Below, one piece after another: positions 36,349 to 48,339 of a DNA stretch of 64,000 nucleotides; the first letter of the stretch is position 1; the number at the start of each line of letters is the position of its first letter. Made by a program: the position numbers and the translations under genes. Under the pieces are notes generated by a model. That model was given only the letters and a program-made list of their open reading frames with translations, did no database searches and was not told the DNA's origin. The DNA comes from Pseudovirgaria hyperparasitica (lineage: Eukaryota): assembly GCA_010093815.1 (NCBI GenBank), contig ML996568.1; one strand, given 5' to 3'.

Positions 36349-37988
36349 ATGATACTCCTACCTACCATTGCGAGCTGCTTGACAGCATTCGCATCTCTCA
36401 CGGCCGCGCAATCGAACTTCTCAGAACCCAAGCTCTCGAAACAGATACTCCCAGCAGAATTTAAGCCCCCGCAGGTGTTCCGGAATACCAATCTCGTGAA
36501 GAACATTGACTTGAGCAAGGAGTATGCGAGAGAGACTGTCAATCTCATCATTGAGAATATCGACTCCAGACCACAGTCGGAATACTATCTTCCCTTCGAA
36601 TCAGCGCTCATTGCTCGCATCGGCGGCTTCGAAGTTAGAGACAAGAAGGACGCATCGAAAGATGCCTTTAGAGTCGAGGTTGTCGAATATGACACAGAAA
36701 GGTCAACTAAACAGATTCTATGTAATTGTTCTATGCTGACGCTCATCAGTTCCACCGAGTTTTATCGAATCCACCTCCCCTCGCCTCTAAAGCCAAAGGA
36801 AACCCTAACACTTAGCATCTCATACACCGTCCTCTCCGCCCTCGAGCCTCTTCCCGCAGAAATCGAGCAAGTTGCAAAGCAATACGTCCAATACACCTTC
36901 TCCGCCTACACGCCGTCCGCCTACCTGACCCAAAAGCAAAAGACCAAGCTCAAATTCCCAACCTCCGACGTCCCAGACTACTCCAAGCTCCCCAAAGCCA
37001 CCAACGCCGATGGCAAAGAAGATCCGCAGAAGCAAGGCAAAGAATTCACATATGGTCCGTATGCCGACATTCCCGCCGGCGCCTCCGCGCCCGTCGCCGT
37101 GCGCTACGAGTTCACGAAGCCCCTCATCCACGCCTCGCTCCTAGAGCGTGACATCGAGATCTCGCACTGGGGCGGCAATATCGCGTTCGAAGAGCGCTAC
37201 TGGCTCACGAACCGCGGCGCCAAGCTCAAGGACCACTTCTCGCGCGTCTCCTGGGCCATGACCCAGTTCCAGAAACCCGCGACGTTTGCGCTCAAGGAGC
37301 TCAAATTCCCCCTCGCCGTCGGCTCAGTCAATCCGTACTTCACAGACGACATCGGCAATGTCAGCACAAGCCGCTTCCGCAGTAACGCCCGCGAGGCAAA
37401 TCTCGAGCTGAAGCCGCGCTACCCGCTGTTCGGCGGCTGGAACTACAAGTTCCGCGTCGGCTGGGACGCCGATCTGAAAGGCTACCTGCGGAAACTCAAA
37501 ACGGGCGATGGCTATATCCTCAAGGTGCCCTTCCTCGAGGGCCCAAAGGCATCCGAAGGCATCGAGTACAAGCGCGTCGAGCTCCGCGTCGTCCTGCCCG
37601 AAGGCGCACAGTACGTTTCTTACCCCCCCTCCCCCAAAACACCCCTCCCCCCTCTCTACACACACACCACTAACCACACCAACCAACTCTCAGAAACATC
37701 AAATTCGACACCTCCATCCCGCTCATCGCAAGCGACACCACCCTCCACCACACCTTCATGGACACGCTCGGCCGGCCCACCGTCTCGCTGACGGCCATCA
37801 ATCTCGTCGACGATCTGCGCGAGCGCGACCTCATCATCACGTACGACTATGCCTTCCTGGCCGGGTTCAGGAAGCCGATTGTCATTTTCAGTGCGCTTGT
37901 CGCTGTGTTTACGGTGGCGTGGGTGGTGGGGAGTATTGATGTCAGTATTGCGGCGAAGAACAAGAACAAGAAGATCACGAAGAGGTGA
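36349..37988 (+). CDS. OST1: Oligosaccharyltransferase subunit ribophorin I, 3 exons
   Basis: Signal peptide; LERDIEISHWGGNIAFEERY, YFTDDIGNVSTSRFR, LKPRYPLFGGWNY, TFMDTLGRP; C-terminal TM. Introns 36702-36749 (weak GTCAAC donor) and 37611-37693. Confidence 0.94.
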
Positions 37989-38245
37989 ACAGAGAGGGTG
38001 GATAAGAAGGGTCAGATGGCTGATTCTATCTTCGATGTAGTAGTATTTAGAGGGTAGAGGGAGGGACGGAGGGACGAAAGGAAACACGTAGTATGATTTG
38101 CAGGTTCATGAAAAGTATAGATTCTATCACAGAGAATTGTATACAATACCATTACGGATTATCTTATACACACCGCAGCAATACACCATCAAAATTTACA
38201 GACGCGGAATACAACCCACAAAGGACGTCCTCTCTCACACGCCCT

Positions 38246-38293
38246 CACACACACACACCCTCACACACACACACACACTCTCTCTCTCTCTCT
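38246..38293. repeat. Compound (CA)n/(CT)n microsatellite between the convergent OST1 and VTC4 3' ends
   Basis: Read directly from the sequence. Confidence 0.9.
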
Positions 38294-38361
38294 TTCTCTA
38301 CACAAGTACATCCCAACCAAGCAGCCAACACGCGACACCCAAGAAAAAAATCCTTATTCCT

Positions 38362-40997
38362 CTACCCCTTCAAACCCCCTTTATTCCCCGCACCACCACC
38401 CACTCTCAACCCGAAACTCACCGCCACACTAACCAACAAGCCAAAGCAAAGCACACTCGGTCCAAACCAGTCATGATAACTGACCGCCCTCCTCTTCCGC
38501 GTCATGCGCACTCTCCACAGGTACAAGCCCAAGCTATACAACATTGCCGCCGCCGCAACGAGCGTAAACGCCCACGCACTCAGCAGCGCCAGGCCATCGC
38601 CGAAATTGAGCAACGCGGCCGCTATCGACGCGAGGATGATGCTGAACTCGAGCCATGCGAGGAACGTGCGCTCGGTGGCGAGATGGACTTTCGGCTCGAT
38701 GCGAACGGGGACATGGATGCGTTTGCCTGGGGGCGCTTTGAAGCGCTTCGTCTCGCCCGTGTACTTCGGGATGCCGAGTTGGGTGGTTTGTACAGGCATG
38801 GTGGAGCCATGCGGGCTGAGTTTCTTGCCCATTGACGAGAGCTTTGAGCCGAGATTGACGATGTGATGCTTGGCGATGGTTTGGTAGTAGTGTAAGCCAC
38901 CGACGCGGCGAGCTTCTTCAAGTTCGTGGTTTGCAAGCTCCTCGTCTTCATCGTCTGAGTCGTAGAGCGGGTAATCATTCGCAGTATTAGGGGCTGCAGC
39001 AATGCGTTCTTCAACGTCAAGAGAGTTGCCGGCGGCGCCATTGACTTCACCATTGCTGGCAGTTCCGTAGTCGCGGCGTTGTTCGAGATCATGTTGCTCC
39101 AAAGCATCACGGGCAGCACGGAGGCGACGGAGATCTTCATTCTCTTCCACAACGGGAGGCTCTTCGTCTTCAAAATCGTCGTCATCTGAATCAGGGTCCA
39201 TATTGCCACTGGTAGAGATATCGGTCGATTGGCCTGGACGGTCGATTCCGAACTTATGGGTGATGGGTTTACGAATATCCACATCCATCTGAGGCATCCA
39301 GAATGGGATCAGGTGGATACGATTAGGATTGAGAGTTGCCGTTCCGTGGATGAATTTACTGAACTTGGGTACAGCCTCGACGAGATGACAGGCTGTCAAG
39401 TCTCGGATCCATTGTGGTGGCTCCTGACCAGCTTGAGTCTGCAGCTTGACTTCCAGAACAGCGTACGGAAAGAGTTCCAAATCTTCTTGAGGGACCTTTT
39501 TGAATGGAAAGTCGATGCCAGCATCAGGTCTTCGCCAATTCTTGCCAGCACGGGTCTTCCCATCGAGGTTGTCCTCCCGGATCATGGTAAGCTCTGAGTC
39601 TAACGAAACACGGACGCGAGCATCCCCGGGGAGTTGGAACGCTGTACGGTGGTAGAATGATCGAGTAACAGGTACAAGCCTCCGTGTGATCACTCGATAT
39701 TGGATCTCTCGGGCCAGCTGTTCCTCCTCGTCTATCGCCTTCTCACTCTTCTTTCCTTCTCTCCGATCCTTCTCAAAGATTGATTCCACCGTCAGCTTCC
39801 CAGAAAGGTAGTCATTGACGTTCTTCTCCTTGAGCTTGAAACGAGCTTTGACCGATTTCTCTCCAGTCCAATCTTCTCGGTGCGTCTTTCGTTCAATAAA
39901 AATGTTGTCCTCGTTCATCCCACCGTACCACCGTAGACGAATTGCTTCTGCTCCCTCGGTCTTCTTCAAGCGACCCATGTACAATTCCCAGGTATCAGTG
40001 TTGTCGTAATAGATGGATGAAATGGCCGAGTCACTGGGATCCCACTCCTTGTTGGCATTGAATACGAGAACGGGAAGATGCTGAGGCAGTTTAGTTTGTA
40101 CGTCTCGAAATGTATGCCTATATAATACGTACCTTCATAAGAATGAGCTTGACTTCAGTAATGTTATCCGGGTGGACCCAGTACTTCGTAGTCTGGCGAA
40201 CGAAATTCTGCTGCTTCCCGCCCGCTGAAGAGTCTCCTTTGACTGGATTGCCACGCGTCCGGACGAGATCATATAGCTTCGAAAGCTTGACAATGAATGC
40301 ATCGTAGTTGTCCTTGAAAAACGGTTTTGCTTTTAGTCTGGCAGCGAAGACCGGCTTCAGGTGCCAGCTAGTTTGTTTCTACTCGCGTGTTAAAAATGCC
40401 TGAAAAGAGAGATGAGGTCTACACACATCGTGTTTCTTGATAATCTTCTGGAAACCCGTGTAATTCAACTGCACGAACTTTGCAAGGTCATGTACGTCCG
40501 CAATGATATCACTCAAGTCTTCTTCCAGCAGCAAGAAGTCCTCTTCTGTAGGAGCATCCACTTGACTACCACGCAGCTCATCCGCAGCCTGCCTTTCCGC
40601 CCTGGAGACGACATCATTGACTTCCTTCTCGGAAGCCTTTATCCTCTGCACAATCTCCCTACTCTTCACCTCTTGAAAGTCTGCGACCTTGCCCAGCTCC
40701 TGCTCAAGCTCTCGAACAAATCTGCGCTCATTGTCTTCGGTCCATGGCTTCCTGTTCGGCTTCGGATTCGTCTTTGTAGGGGCAGTCACAAAGTCGGTCT
40801 TGAGCTGGGCTTTCAGGTCATCGTATGCGATGTAGTAATAATACCAATCCTTGAGCAAGGAGGATCGAAGCTGCTGACCGAATCTGCAATTGACTAGGAT
40901 TAGCGACGGCTGCTTCTGAAGCTCCTCATTGGAAGCACGAGACAGGGCTGTGTAGCTAGGGAGAGAAATCATTGGATAAGCTCATGACATACCTCAT
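38362..40997 (-). CDS. VTC4: Vacuolar polyphosphate polymerase Vtc4 (SPX + VTC + DUF202 TM), 4 exons
   Basis: A 5-nt first coding exon ATGAG, then intron 40992-40884, gives MRFGQQL (SPX start). [77 protein letters not shown]. Further introns 40426-40379 and 40132-40081. Confidence 0.96.
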
Positions 40998-41203
40998 ACT
41001 TGCAAAAAAGCAACGCACGACCTACAGTAAAGAATGACAATCAATTGGAGAAAGACTTCAGACAAAGAGAGAAGAAGCTTGAGAAGCGCCGTGGGGAAAG
41101 TTGGAAAGTGATGCAAGTAATGAGGTGAAAAGCGGCCTGCACTGGCGGCGTTCCGACAAGCAACGGCGTTGGGCGGGGCAGCCAAAGAGAGAGGCTGGGA
41201 TGG

Positions 41204-41212
41204 GCACGTGCG
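41204..41212. promoter_or_regulatory. Pho4/NUC-1/PalcA-type E-box (GCACGTGCG) upstream of VTC4
   Basis: CACGTG at 41205-41210, about 210 bp upstream of the VTC4 ATG. VTC genes are established PHO-regulon members in yeast. Confidence 0.55.
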
Positions 41213-42198
41213 GTCCTTTCCCTTGAGGCTCAAGCTGGGAATAGCAGAGGCGTGGGCTTCAATTGCCGGGCAGGTAATTAATTAGTTTATCGACAATGAA
41301 GAACTTCCATTTACCCTACCGAAGCCCAATGGTGCAGCAGTCCTGACGTGGGAATAGAGTTGAGTTGCTAGGAAACAAGACTCACGAGACGCTCAAGCCT
41401 CATGCAGACGCAATGCAATGAGCATCCGATGCTAATGTCGTCTGGTGCGAGAGAACGAGCATTGACGCCGGAACGCATGTAGTACATTAAGTAGTACGGG
41501 AGTCATTGCATTTAGTTGATCAAAGACTCCAGTAGAGTAGATACATGCTGCATGCATGCAGGACATCCGGTAGAGTCATCTTGACGCAATTGGGGATCTT
41601 GTACGAATGCATCATGATTGGTGCACCAAATGCCCATAGTATATGATATGATATCCGACATGTAGATACTGTCCAGCGAAACATTGGTAACCCATTACCA
41701 TAATCCAAGCTATTACGACCATGTTGAGAATTTCTTTGATCGCGTCCTCTCTGATGTCTTCACTCTACAGTTAGTTCTACATCCTACCGTCCATCTCGCA
41801 ATAGGCTTTAGATCCATCCATACAGCTTAATTCTCAAAGCATCCCCGATGTTACTACAAACTGGGCAGAATGTTAAACCACATACTCAAACTTTTCGATC
41901 CGGAAATTCGTAATATCGTAGCGGGCGTGTCAGGCCAACTTGTAAATGTCCACTACTCCAAGGGTATCGCTGAAAAACATCACCATTACATGGTAACCAC
42001 ACTCTGATCTGCGCAGGACCGAGGCCAAAGGACAGTACGCGGGCTGGCCGCGAGTAGACTCCACGTGTCCAAATGTACTACAGCGCACATGCTGAGTCTG
42101 CTATATATTTCTCCCTCCATGGCAGAAGGTGTTGCACAATTTTTGCCTAGAGCTTCGCCAGGGTCTGATAAATCCAATGCGATACGCTTTTATATGCA

Positions 42199-43001
42199 TC
42201 AAGGACCGGCGCGAGATTTCGGTAAAGGTGGCATCGGAGGAGCAGCCCCATCTCTCGTCGATGGAGGAGAGAACGTAGCTCTGAGGTCTTTGAAACTAAG
42301 CGCGAAAATATAGTAAGTATAGGTCGCAACAGTATCATAAGCTATGCGACATACCTTCTTGTCTTCCTCAAGCCACCACTACCGAACCACTTCTTAAACC
42401 CTTTAGAGCTCTTCGTTGTTTGTGAGTCCTACGACGCTGTTAATGCCATGATATACACTCGCTCGACGTAGAGAACACTCACCTGCTCCCCGCTATTTCG
42501 TATTGTGCCATTCTCACTCCCACTATGCCTGCTGTGTCCACTGCCAGTACTGCTATCATTGCCATTGAGGTAGTCGGACGGAGCAGGCGGCACCCATCGC
42601 TCTGTATCCCCACAGACCACAACAAACCAGCCAACCTTCTCTCCTGGCGCAAGCTGGTCTCGTAGCTCAATCAACGAGCCCCAAGCTTCATTGTCCACTC
42701 CCTTGCCTCTGACCTCTTCTACGTCAATGCCCAGCTTGACCTCATGCACAATATCGCAAACGTATGCGAAAGGCTGCGATTTGATATTCTCGTCGAGCGG
42801 ATCGTACTGTTCGACAAACCGCAAGCTCGGCAGGGTCGACATGAGGTGTGGGTACAAGGTGGTGAAATTCTGTAGCATGGTCTTCGTTGTAGCTGGAGCT
42901 ATTAGCCATTCAGCAGCAGCGTCTTCGAGGTTCTGGAGGATGATATGGATCCGTATGAGCGATCGCGGCCAACGGAAGCCATGGACGAGGTAGGTCGGCA
43001 T
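42199..43001 (-). CDS. FlbE-like developmental regulator family protein, 3 exons
   Basis: N-terminal MPTYLVHGFRWPR..IRIHIILQNLEDAAAEW, FVEQYDP..SQPFAYVCD and ELRDQLAPGEKVGWFVVVCGD resemble my recollection of the FlbE family. Introns 42482-42429 and 42354-42296. Confidence 0.75.
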
Positions 43002-43773
43002 GGCGATGAGGGTGACCTAAGAAGCGACAGGGCATAGAAGTGGTGAGAGTGAGAGGCAGTCAGCACAGAATGAGAAAAGATATCGTGTGCAGGCGGCCAA
43101 GAGGCCTTCAGTGATTGGAGCTGGTGCCAGAGTGAGGTCCTTGTCGAGGTCGGTTAGATGGATTGAGGCTGGAAGGACGAATGCTTGTCATTCCCTCAGA
43201 CGGAAGGGTCATCTAATCAATAGTGACTCTGTCAGGACACCCGACCGCTGTCGTGAGCAATAATCATGGAACAAGGTTGTAGTGCGACTGCTTCCGACAA
43301 TGTGACGAGCGGATAGCGTCCTGTCTTTGGACGTCTTCCTCTTTCTGTCCCGGGAATATGGTGATACACAATTTACTAGCTTGGTGGCTAGCAAACACGG
43401 AGAAAGCTGAAGACAAGAAGGTTCCGATGGTATGACTAGGATAGGGAGTCGGAGGGACAGGAGTAGATGTGACTGAGGCGCACAGAATACGACATCAAGC
43501 AACCGAGTCAGATGAAAGATATTAACGGTGTGATTCGAACACGAAAAAAGGCTGAAAGTTGGCGAGAAAGATGCTCCTCATTTGCGCTTGGCGGGGCTGT
43601 CCCTAGCTGTGAGACCCCTGTCAATCAGGGCATAACTGTTTAGCGTCATCTAAACGGTCTGTTGGCTCCCGCTGTCACGAGCCAATCTCATTCGCTGCTC
43701 TCCTCCTTGTAAGTAAGCAGTAGTAATCCCCAACACCCGTTAAACAACACGAAGCGAGATTCAAAAAGTCAAA

Positions 43774-43892
43774 ACATTCAACAGTGGGTATTCGCTAGTG
43801 GTCACCCACCTAACTACTAATCCACCCCTAACCAGCTTAAATAGGCGGGAGCGAACGGGACCGCTTGCTTTCTGGTTGGTATGGCCGAATGT
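43774..43892 (-). rRNA. 5S rRNA: Dispersed 5S rRNA gene (119 nt)
   Basis: ACATTCGGCCATACC...GTCCCGTTCGCTC...TAAGC...TAGTAGTTAGGTGGGTGACCACTAGCGAA...GTTGAATGT. All five helices pair; TATAAT at about -28; T4 and T5 terminators downstream. Confidence 0.95.
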
Positions 43893-44307
43893 GCTGACCG
43901 TAATTTGAATGCTCATTATACCCAGTAACACAGAAACGCAAAAGCAAACGCAAAGACGTACCGAGAGAAGTCCTTCCTCGTTCCAGGTCCCACATTTCAA
44001 AATACACAGGCTTATGCTTCAAACAGGCACTTCAAGATTAATCGCTGAATGACTGTTCATGAGGACTGATAATGGTAGTATGATATGTTCAATCTACATA
44101 CAAAATATAAGAAAATGTATAGCAGGGCAGGCGCTTGGGTATCATGTGATGCTCGCGCCAGAGCATCGAAAAATGAGAGAAGGCAATAGTGTATTTTACG
44201 CCAAGCCATGCTTTATGTCCAAACGTCATTACAATGTTGTATTCGAAAGTTTGATCAAACGGCCCAGACTGCCAGCAACAAAGTCACCGGACTCGTTTGT
44301 CCTCGGA

Positions 44308-45099
44308 TTAGAAGCAGCTCAGGTTCCGTGCCACAGTGGGTCTAGCAGACGAACTTTTCAGGCTGCCGGCCTCGCTATGTTGAGGGAGGGACAATCGATG
44401 TCTCCTCACACTGCAGCTGTCGTCGCCATTCTTTTCGTCGTAGAATTTGGCTGGAACACGTGGGCAGAGCCATCGTGGGGCGACCTTCCGCCAGAGACCT
44501 CGCAGACCACTGTGCATCCGATCTATCTCTGCGTACTGCTGTCGACGAGTGTCTGGTGACGTCCAGTGTATAATGGTAGGTGGCACGGGTTCGTAGAGCT
44601 CTTCCTCTTCCTCTTCCTCTTGGTCGGGGTATTCAAGTCTAGTAGTAGTTATTGGTGGAGACCGTGAGTATGGCATGTTGGTCCCAAAATTCAACACAGT
44701 AGTGAACGGGATAACGTTCTCTCGCTTTGGACTCGATGGTGCAGAGTAGGGCCCTTGGGGCAGACTTTGGAAAAGTGAAACGCTTTGTCGATGGAAGTCG
44801 ACAGCCTCTTGAGTGGTCATGCGACGAGGTATGGCTCCATGGGAAGTATGTGCTCTGGCTAGACCTGGTCTCTTTCCGGACTGAGTTGATGAGCGTCGTG
44901 AATCAGCTCTTCTGTGCTTCCTATCACTGGAGCTTGAAGACGTTGCTACCGAGTCTCGTCGCCGTACTTGTCGCCGGTCACCATCTTCGACGACTCTGTC
45001 GGAACGAGGGGTGTCGGAAGAAGAGACTGTGCCGTATATTGATATGGGTGTGGCGTTACGACCGAACCGTTCAAGGGTTGGAGGTTTCTCGACGGTCAT
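44308..45099 (-). CDS. Uncharacterised fungal protein (~263 aa, intronless)
   Basis: Ser/Arg-rich N-terminus; structured-looking C-terminal block IHWTSPDTRRQQYAEID..GLRGLWRKVAPRW..KFYDEK..DDSCSVRRHRL. Confidence 0.7.
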   Translation of the reverse strand: MTVEKPPTLERFGRNATPISIYGTVSSSDTPRSDRVVEDGDRRQVRRRDSVATSSSSSDRKHRRADSRRSSTQSGKRPGLARAHTSHGAIPRRMTTQEAVDFHRQSVSLFQSLPQGPYSAPSSPKRENVIPFTTVLNFGTNMPYSRSPPITTTRLEYPDQEEEEEEELYEPVPPTIIHWTSPDTRRQQYAEIDRMHSGLRGLWRKVAPRWLCPRVPAKFYDEKNGDDSCSVRRHRLSLPQHSEAGSLKSSSARPTVARNLSCF

Positions 45100-46399
45100 G
45101 GCGGGATCCAAATGGCGTGTTCCATAGACACCGAAGACCAGCAACGGATATCTAGAACACTGAAGTGAAAGCCGATGGAAAGGTTGAGAGAAAAACTCGA
45201 GGGTATTTAAAACAGAGCACTACCAGCAGTCCACGATCACGATACAACAAGCTCCACTCTGGAAAAGCCAGGTGATGTGGAAGCGCGCTTTAGTGTTGCA
45301 TAACAGGTCCGTGATTTGTTGATTAGGCGTTTACATGCAGGCACTCGGGCCTAAAGTAATGGGTAGCCGGCCGGTTTGAAGCTCACCGCTAGGAATGTAA
45401 TGAGGGAACTTCACCACTTTCGTGTAAGGCGGCTTGGCGGAGTGGGTATAAGATTGAGCGACGTGGGGCAAGAAGAAGGGTTCAGAAATAGAATCGAACA
45501 CGGCAGATTGCTGAGAGTAATGAAAAAGACGTGGATAGACTGCTGCAAAGGGCAGAGAAATAGTAGTAGTCCTTTTGGAGATCGATCATGAGAACGAACG
45601 ACTTTCACATGTGAATGAAAACCGCTAGGTACGGACCTACTTGGCACAGTCACGACCACGAGCAGCAGCATCCATTCCATTCTCGTGATATGGAAAGCCA
45701 CCGCCACGAACCATGAAAGTCCATAAGAACGGACCTGCAGAAGATCTGAAGGCGCGACGGTGAGTTGCTGGCAGAAATCAAGTGGTCATGCAGCCGCGAG
45801 TCACTTCACCGCCAGGCCGAGATCGCTGGATCAACACGCGCGCCGCCTGCAATGATAGAGACAACAGCTCATGCTCCAACCAACGAGCCGTGTCTTGCCC
45901 GCATGCCTCATGCGGGCAATGAGGAAGACGCACATGAGCTGTCGATTTCCATGGGTCAGCATCGCCCATCGCGAGGCTGTTGTCGACGATCGTACCGAGT
46001 TGTGAGAGGACGTGCGATGGATGATGGATGCGAATGTCAACTGTTTCAGACGATCCATCAATCTGCTGGCGGCGCTTAGGCTGCCTGTAGCAGTGTAGCT
46101 TCGGTCCAGTTGCCGCCAATCAGCCAAATCGTCGGCCGCATGTCCGGCTCGAGCGATGGATGCGCACATCTGGCGGCGGTTCTACCCGAGAGCGCCTCGG
46201 TCCGTGATGACTGTGAAGTCTGTTTTGTGAGATCAAATCTAAGGCGTGGATGTATATCATGGAGGAAGGGTGGACACTCATTTGAGTCCGGAAGATGATT
46301 GCGTGTATTGTATGCACTAGACCATTATTGGATGGCTTGGGAACAAGGGACTTGATCAGCAGACGACATCGCACCATCTCATCAGACACGGTAACAGAA

Positions 46400-47050
46400 C
46401 TATCTCGTGTCGGAAAACGTGCTTGACACGGCAGTGTATACGAGCTTGAGGTCAACCAAGGTACTTCCTATGTGCTGCTGTTCGCTTCGTAGCTCGTTCA
46501 CGGTTACTAGAATGGACTGGAGGGCTTTGATGTCGCTGATTGGAACAGTTGTATCTGGCATGTCGTCAAACTGGAGCATCACCTGCGATTGCTCTGGTGG
46601 ATTCGGACTCGTCCGGGTATACCGGATCATGTTCATTGCGACCTTGGCAAATTCTGCCGCGTCAATGTCCCGTATCAGGCGTGTTTCCGCATGCCTTGAT
46701 GGCCAGAAGAGCAGTTCACTCACGTGCAGAATCGTTCCACTTGGCATGGTGAGATAGATGGATCCAGCCGTGTCTGTGCTGCTGTTATTGTCGAGGTTAC
46801 AGTTCGGGTATGCGGATATGGCTTCTGAATTTGGGGGTGTGGTGCGCTGCACTGTTGTGGTGTGCTGCACTGTTGTGGTGCGCTGCACTGTTGTGGTGCG
46901 CCCGGGGTTGACAAGATCTTTATATTCGCGGCGCCTCCTTAGTAGTGCGAGCTCGTCTTTGAATTGTTGGGTAGCGACATCGCGAGCAGCGGTGTTCCAT
47001 AGTGGCATGGGTCTCTTCCGGGCTTTGGTGCTCAAACGCGTACCGGACAT
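46400..47050 (-). CDS. Orphan hypothetical protein (216 aa) with TTTVQ(R/H) repeats
   Basis: ATG-initiated ORF with an 18-bp tandem repeat at 46838-46901; no recognisable domain. Confidence 0.4.
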   Translation of the reverse strand: MSGTRLSTKARKRPMPLWNTAARDVATQQFKDELALLRRRREYKDLVNPGRTTTVQRTTTVQHTTTVQRTTPPNSEAISAYPNCNLDNNSSTDTAGSIYLTMPSGTILHVSELLFWPSRHAETRLIRDIDAAEFAKVAMNMIRYTRTSPNPPEQSQVMLQFDDMPDTTVPISDIKALQSILVTVNELRSEQQHIGSTLVDLKLVYTAVSSTFSDTR

Positions 47051-47450
47051 GTGCTTTTGTATCGAGAACTAGATAAGCGCTATATCAGTATGCAACATAA
47101 GCTAATACTCTTCCCGAGGCATTAGGTACATTATACTTGGATACTCAATAGAAGCTAAACTTCTCAAAGTAGAAAACAGATATATTTTTACATTCTAGAT
47201 GATACATCAGATAGGTTATATATCACTTCTTACACAGTTGCTATTGCACGAGTACATCACCCACGAGTCTAGCAGCTAGCTCCAATATCGTATCCTCATG
47301 TGCTTAGATCCTTGATGTATGTATGTGAAGAAACGCGTTACTATCAAGTCGCTATGGAGCTGCTACTACTATCTAGCAGAGGAAGTTGCTGAATGTTCTG
47401 ATAGATATCTAGGAAATGGCAACCTCTATTACCTATGGTCAAGTCACATC

Positions 47451-48050
47451 TTACCCCACTCCGTCTGAAGTAAACAACTCTTTGTTCCAGATATCGTCGG
47501 CGTAGCGTTGGTACAGGAAGCGTCCAGATGATGAGTCCATAGGTAGGTTAGTTGTATACTTCCGCAACGGTGGCAGGTCCTGTCCAATCATGTGTGTGTA
47601 GTTTTTGGAGCACGGAGGGTATGTTGATGTATACGTTCTGCGTTTAATCGTGCGTGCAAACGTAATCTGCAGGCGCTCTCCGATCTCCGTTTTGTCCATT
47701 TCCTCTTTTCTACCATTAGTACCGGACACGACGTGTGACGTAAAGGTCATTGAACATGCCTGGAACTTCCTAAACTTCTTCTCTGTGATAAACTGACTTG
47801 GGAATTCTGGCAGCCAGGGGTCACATGGGATCTTGGCTCGGCGACAAAGCTTCCGAAGCTGTAGCCACTCTGAACATAGTTTTGGAGACTCGAATATTCT
47901 GAGCCAACCGACAAAGTTGGCAGGTGAGTTGATGATTGGTGTAGCGCTCATGAGTGTATTGTAACAAGCACCCAAGAGGCGAACAGCAAAGTTCATCTTG
48001 GATCGCGGATTTCTCATAATGTGAGCTTCGTCACCTATTACCTACTCGGC
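47451..48050 (-). pseudogene. Degenerate SNF2-like helicase fragment
   Basis: Frame reads MAE*VIGDEAHIMRNPRSK...LMSATPIINSPANF...KRRTY (motifs II and III). In-frame TAG just before motif II, a further TAA upstream, no Walker A or HELICc; followed by TA-rich, stop-laden sequence. Confidence 0.65.
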
Positions 48051-48339
48051 CATCGTGTTTTGGTAGTGTGACTTGACACGTTATTGTCAAGAAGCTGTTT
48101 CACGTTCAGTTGTGCACACTGTAGAAGAACTGTCTAGCGCCCTGCTGGGTACTCGAAAAGTGGCTTCTCGGGTCCCTTAATCACTCTTCGTGATACACAA
48201 AGTACACAACAAGTCACGTCATAGAAGCAGTGATGCAAGTCAAGATGTGGTAGCTATTTTCGCTACGGTGCTACGATAAAGCGGTGAAAACCGCGCACTG
48301 CTCTGCTGGGTAGCCAAAATGTTGGCTCCTCCTCCACCC

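Noticed and set aside
43527..43543. GTTCGAATC B-box / tRNA T-arm-like sequence on the minus strand near the 5S gene
   Set aside because: Only a 3-bp stem, with no D-arm, anticodon arm or acceptor stem; not a tRNA.
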